A DNA stretch of 64,000 nucleotides, taken from NCBI GenBank assembly GCA_963682105.1, contig OY821638.1:463071-527070 (forward strand), written 5' to 3'. Positions 61,939 to 64,000 of this stretch are shown piece by piece; position 1 is the stretch's first letter, and each line of letters begins with the position of its first letter. The notes beneath the pieces were generated by a model. It searched no databases. It had not been told where the DNA came from and saw only the letters and a program-made list of their open reading frames with translations. This DNA is from Smithellaceae bacterium. Its GTDB lineage: Bacteria > Desulfobacterota > Syntrophia > Syntrophales > Smithellaceae. A program made the position numbers and the translations under genes.

Positions 61939-62926
61939 ATTCCATGTCCTCTTTCCCCGTAATGATCTGCGCTATCTGCACGGCTTGATTCCCTTTGAAT
62001 ATTCCCGGAAATCCCCTGTACTTTGGAATCCCTTCGACATAAACATCGAGCGGATCGGATGCGTAATGATCGAGTTGGATCACATCGCCTTTTTTCAGGT
62101 TTACAATATCCTTGCCATGGATCGAAACGCTGCCCAGCTCCACCGTGATATCCACATAAGATTTCAAAAGTCCGCCTTTGAACCGATTGGACCAGGCTTT
62201 GTCCACTTCCAGTTGTTCACTCTGGAATCCGGCCGAAAGTTTTTCTTTGACCGGTTCAAGCATGGAATATGGAATACAAACGGATATCACGCCGGATGTA
62301 TATTCCACTTCCACTTCAAAATTCATCACAACCACCACGTCGGTGGGGGGAACGATCTGTGCAAACTGCGGGTTGATTTCCGCACGCTGATAAGTGATGT
62401 TGAGATCAATCAGCGGCTTCCAGCATTTTTCCAGATCTCCCAGAGCGGAAAGCACTATTCTTTTAATCAGATTGTTTTCAATGGCGGTAAATTCCCGTCC
62501 TTCAATCTTGAAGGCTTCCGTCCCTGTCCCTCCGAAAATAATATCCACAAGCGTGAAGATGACTTTAGATTCAACAACAAAAATGGCCATACCGCGCATG
62601 GGGTCCATGCGAAAAAGATGGAGGCTGGTAGGAACAGGCAGAGTCTTTAAAAATTCTCCGAATTTAATCATATCGGCGGACACGGCCGTAACGGAAATAA
62701 CCTTGCGCAATAAGGAGGATAGCGTCGTCCGAAACATACGGGCAAACTTCTCGTTGGTCATCTCCAGTGTCGGCATCCGCCCGCGGATGATTCGGTCCTG
62801 GCTGGTCAGATCGTAGGGGATGATCGCTCCCGGCTCGTGATACTCCTCCGCTTCGGTCTCAATTTCGCCGCCGGATATTCCCCGAAGCAGAGCATCAACT
62901 TCTTCTTGTGATAGGATATTTGTCAT
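61925..62926 (-). CDS. fliM: Flagellar motor switch protein FliM
   Basis: N-terminal LSQEEVDALL CheY-P binding motif. 333 aa. Confidence 0.95.
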   Translation of the reverse strand: MTNILSQEEVDALLRGISGGEIETEAEEYHEPGAIIPYDLTSQDRIIRGRMPTLEMTNEKFARMFRTTLSSLLRKVISVTAVSADMIKFGEFLKTLPVPTSLHLFRMDPMRGMAIFVVESKVIFTLVDIIFGGTGTEAFKIEGREFTAIENNLIKRIVLSALGDLEKCWKPLIDLNITYQRAEINPQFAQIVPPTDVVVVMNFEVEVEYTSGVISVCIPYSMLEPVKEKLSAGFQSEQLEVDKAWSNRFKGGLLKSYVDITVELGSVSIHGKDIVNLKKGDVIQLDHYASDPLDVYVEGIPKYRGFPGIFKGNQAVQIAQIITGKEDMEYGTE

Positions 62927-62938
62927 GACGCCTCAGTG

Positions 62939-63469
62939 CTACTGAATCACAAATTCGGTAAAATAAACTTTAACGACTTTTCCTTTTGGAGAATTGATGA
63001 TCAAATTCGAACGCATGGTGATTTCATCACGCAGTTTCTGTTTCCCAAGCGGATCAATCATCTCCTTGTACGTTTTGGCGGCCAGTAACTCCAGAATTGC
63101 ATCCCGGATTTTGGGATTTATTTTTTTCACATCTTCCAGCATCAACTGGTCGGACAATTCCAGTTGCATCACCACTTTCAGATATCTTTCACCTTCATTA
63201 TCGATTAGATTAACGATAAAAGGATCCATCGGCAGGAACACGGCCACCTGTGGTTTTGCCTCCTGTTTTTTATCCGCCGTTTGAGATTTTGCTTTAAAAA
63301 AAATGAAATAGGATGCCGCCCCGCCTCCCCCCAGAAGGACAAGAACAACTATGAGGATAATGATCAGTTTAAGCTTGGAACCTGTCTTTTTAGGCTCCTC
63401 TGCGCTTTCATTTTCATCGTCCTGGTCTTCGTCTTTGATGTCTTTTTTCTTTTTATCTGCTGCGGCCAT
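62939..63469 (-). CDS. fliL: Flagellar basal-body-associated protein FliL
   Basis: 176 aa from the ATG at 63469 (GGAG 8 nt upstream). Single TM segment. C-terminus FIVNLIDNEGERYLKVVMQLEL...VVKVYFTEFVIQ. Confidence 0.85.
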   Translation of the reverse strand: MAAADKKKKDIKDEDQDDENESAEEPKKTGSKLKLIIILIVVLVLLGGGGAASYFIFFKAKSQTADKKQEAKPQVAVFLPMDPFIVNLIDNEGERYLKVVMQLELSDQLMLEDVKKINPKIRDAILELLAAKTYKEMIDPLGKQKLRDEITMRSNLIINSPKGKVVKVYFTEFVIQ

Positions 63470-63506
63470 AATATTCTCCGTCAATTGGATTGATATATGA
63501 CCTGAA

Positions 63507-63523
63507 TAGCAAAGAGCATACCA
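63507..63523 (-). promoter_or_regulatory. Sigma54 promoter for the fliL...fliA operon
   Basis: Minus strand TGGTAT-GCTCT-TTGCTA (GG-N10-GC spacing), about 38 nt upstream of the fliL ATG. Confidence 0.65.
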
Positions 63524-63693
63524 ACGGCAGGATGAAGAGAAAGATTAGATTTCCCTGTTTATTTTTTACATTTAATACTTTGATTAGATTGATTATTTTT
63601 AGAGACGCATCATCCGCTTCCCCTTTTTTTTCAATACGGGGTTAAGCGGGGTGAATCAATGATTTTTTTGACGACAAGTCAAATGTTTGACAC

Positions 63694-63740
63694 AAAAAAG
63701 GGGAGCGCCGACGATGTGTTCATCCGGCGCTCCCCTTTTT
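63694..63740 (-). terminator. Rho-independent terminator after flgE (symmetric, flanked by A and T runs)
   Basis: GGGGAGCGCCG (63700..63710) pairs with CGGCGCTCCCC (63725..63735). On the minus strand it is followed by TTTTTTG. Confidence 0.8.
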
Positions 63741-63748
63741 CAACAGTT

Positions 63749-64000
63749 TTATCTCATGATGTTCATTAACTCGGACATGACCGTATCCTGCGTTGTTACG
63801 ACACGCGCATTGGCCTGATAAGCTTTTTGTGCCGTGATCATTCGGATGAATTCCGTTGCGATATCCGTATTGGACATTTCCACGGTATTCGGGGTTAAGG
63901 ATCCCATTCCGGAAGATCCCGGCGTATTTCGGATGGACGACCCGGATGTAACGGTCTCGCCAAACAGATTCGATCCCAGCTTATTGAGCCCCCACGGGTT
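63749..64000 (-). CDS. flgE: Flagellar hook protein FlgE, C-terminal fragment (gene continues beyond the window)
   Basis: Hand translation ends ..NTVEMSNTDIATEFIRMITAQKAYQANARVVTTQDTVMSELMNIMR*, the conserved rod/hook C-terminal motif. Confidence 0.85.
   Translation of the reverse strand, partial: NPWGLNKLGSNLFGETVTSGSSIRNTPGSSGMGSLTPNTVEMSNTDIATEFIRMITAQKAYQANARVVTTQDTVMSELMNIMR

Noticed and set aside
63600-63660. Imperfect inverted repeat CCGCTTCCCC...GGGGTTAAGCGG upstream of the fliL sigma54 promoter, considered as a terminator.
   Set aside because: The T-run falls inside the loop rather than after the stem on either strand. The strong flgE terminator lies 40 nt further on. It may be an activator site, but the evidence is too weak to call.
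1-64000. CRISPR arrays, rRNA, IS elements/transposases, retrons and toxin-antitoxin pairs.
   Set aside because: The only tandem repeats are short (10-21 nt, 3-4 copies) or are in-frame coding repeats. I recognised no Cas, transposase, RT or classic TA-family motifs in any listed ORF.

Overview
The window has three parts. (1) Positions 1-28214 hold about 28 kb of an integrated temperate phage. Its left end lies outside the window and its right end abuts the 3' end of tRNA-Lys(CTT). The layout is lambda-like: int, MTase, RecT and nuclease on an early-left operon, a divergent cI-like/cro-like switch, then RusA, replication, terminase, head, tail and lysis genes. The tail genes look podovirus-like (T7 gp11/gp12-type tubular proteins). 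(2) Positions 28215-38400 hold a four-tRNA operon (Arg-TCT, His-GTG, Arg-TCG, Lys-CTT), a secreted repeat protein, dprA-topA-trmFO, a lytic transglycosylase, a REC/HD-GYP response regulator, and csrA (59 aa, below the ORF-track cutoff). (3) Positions 38400-64000 hold a minus-strand flagellar cluster. In transcription order it reads flgE(partial) | fliLMNOPQR-flhBA-flhFG-fliA-fliL2, an uncharacterised block, a FliK-like gene and a stand-alone FlhB C-terminal fragment | flgFGAHIJ | flgMN-flgKL. I could read sigma54 and sigma28 promoters directly from the sequence. I found no CRISPR array, rRNA, transposase or reverse transcriptase. The best candidates for something undescribed are these. (a) The csrA locus: the usual fliW slot holds a decayed copy of the flgL 3' end, and a FlgM-like mini-protein follows csrA. 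(b) An uncharacterised flagellar block: a pseudo-histidine kinase, a 103-aa protein, a DUF2802-like protein, a FliK-like protein with three tandem repeats, and a stand-alone FlhB post-cleavage fragment. (c) Phage control DNA/RNA: an 18/19-identical operator-like block at both early promoters, a GC-rich structured leader of about 175 nt, an iteron-like array inside the replication gene, and four phased 10-bp repeats upstream of terS. (d) A phage C5-methyltransferase with five tandem TRD-like repeats. All homology calls come from motif recognition by eye; I ran no database searches or computations.
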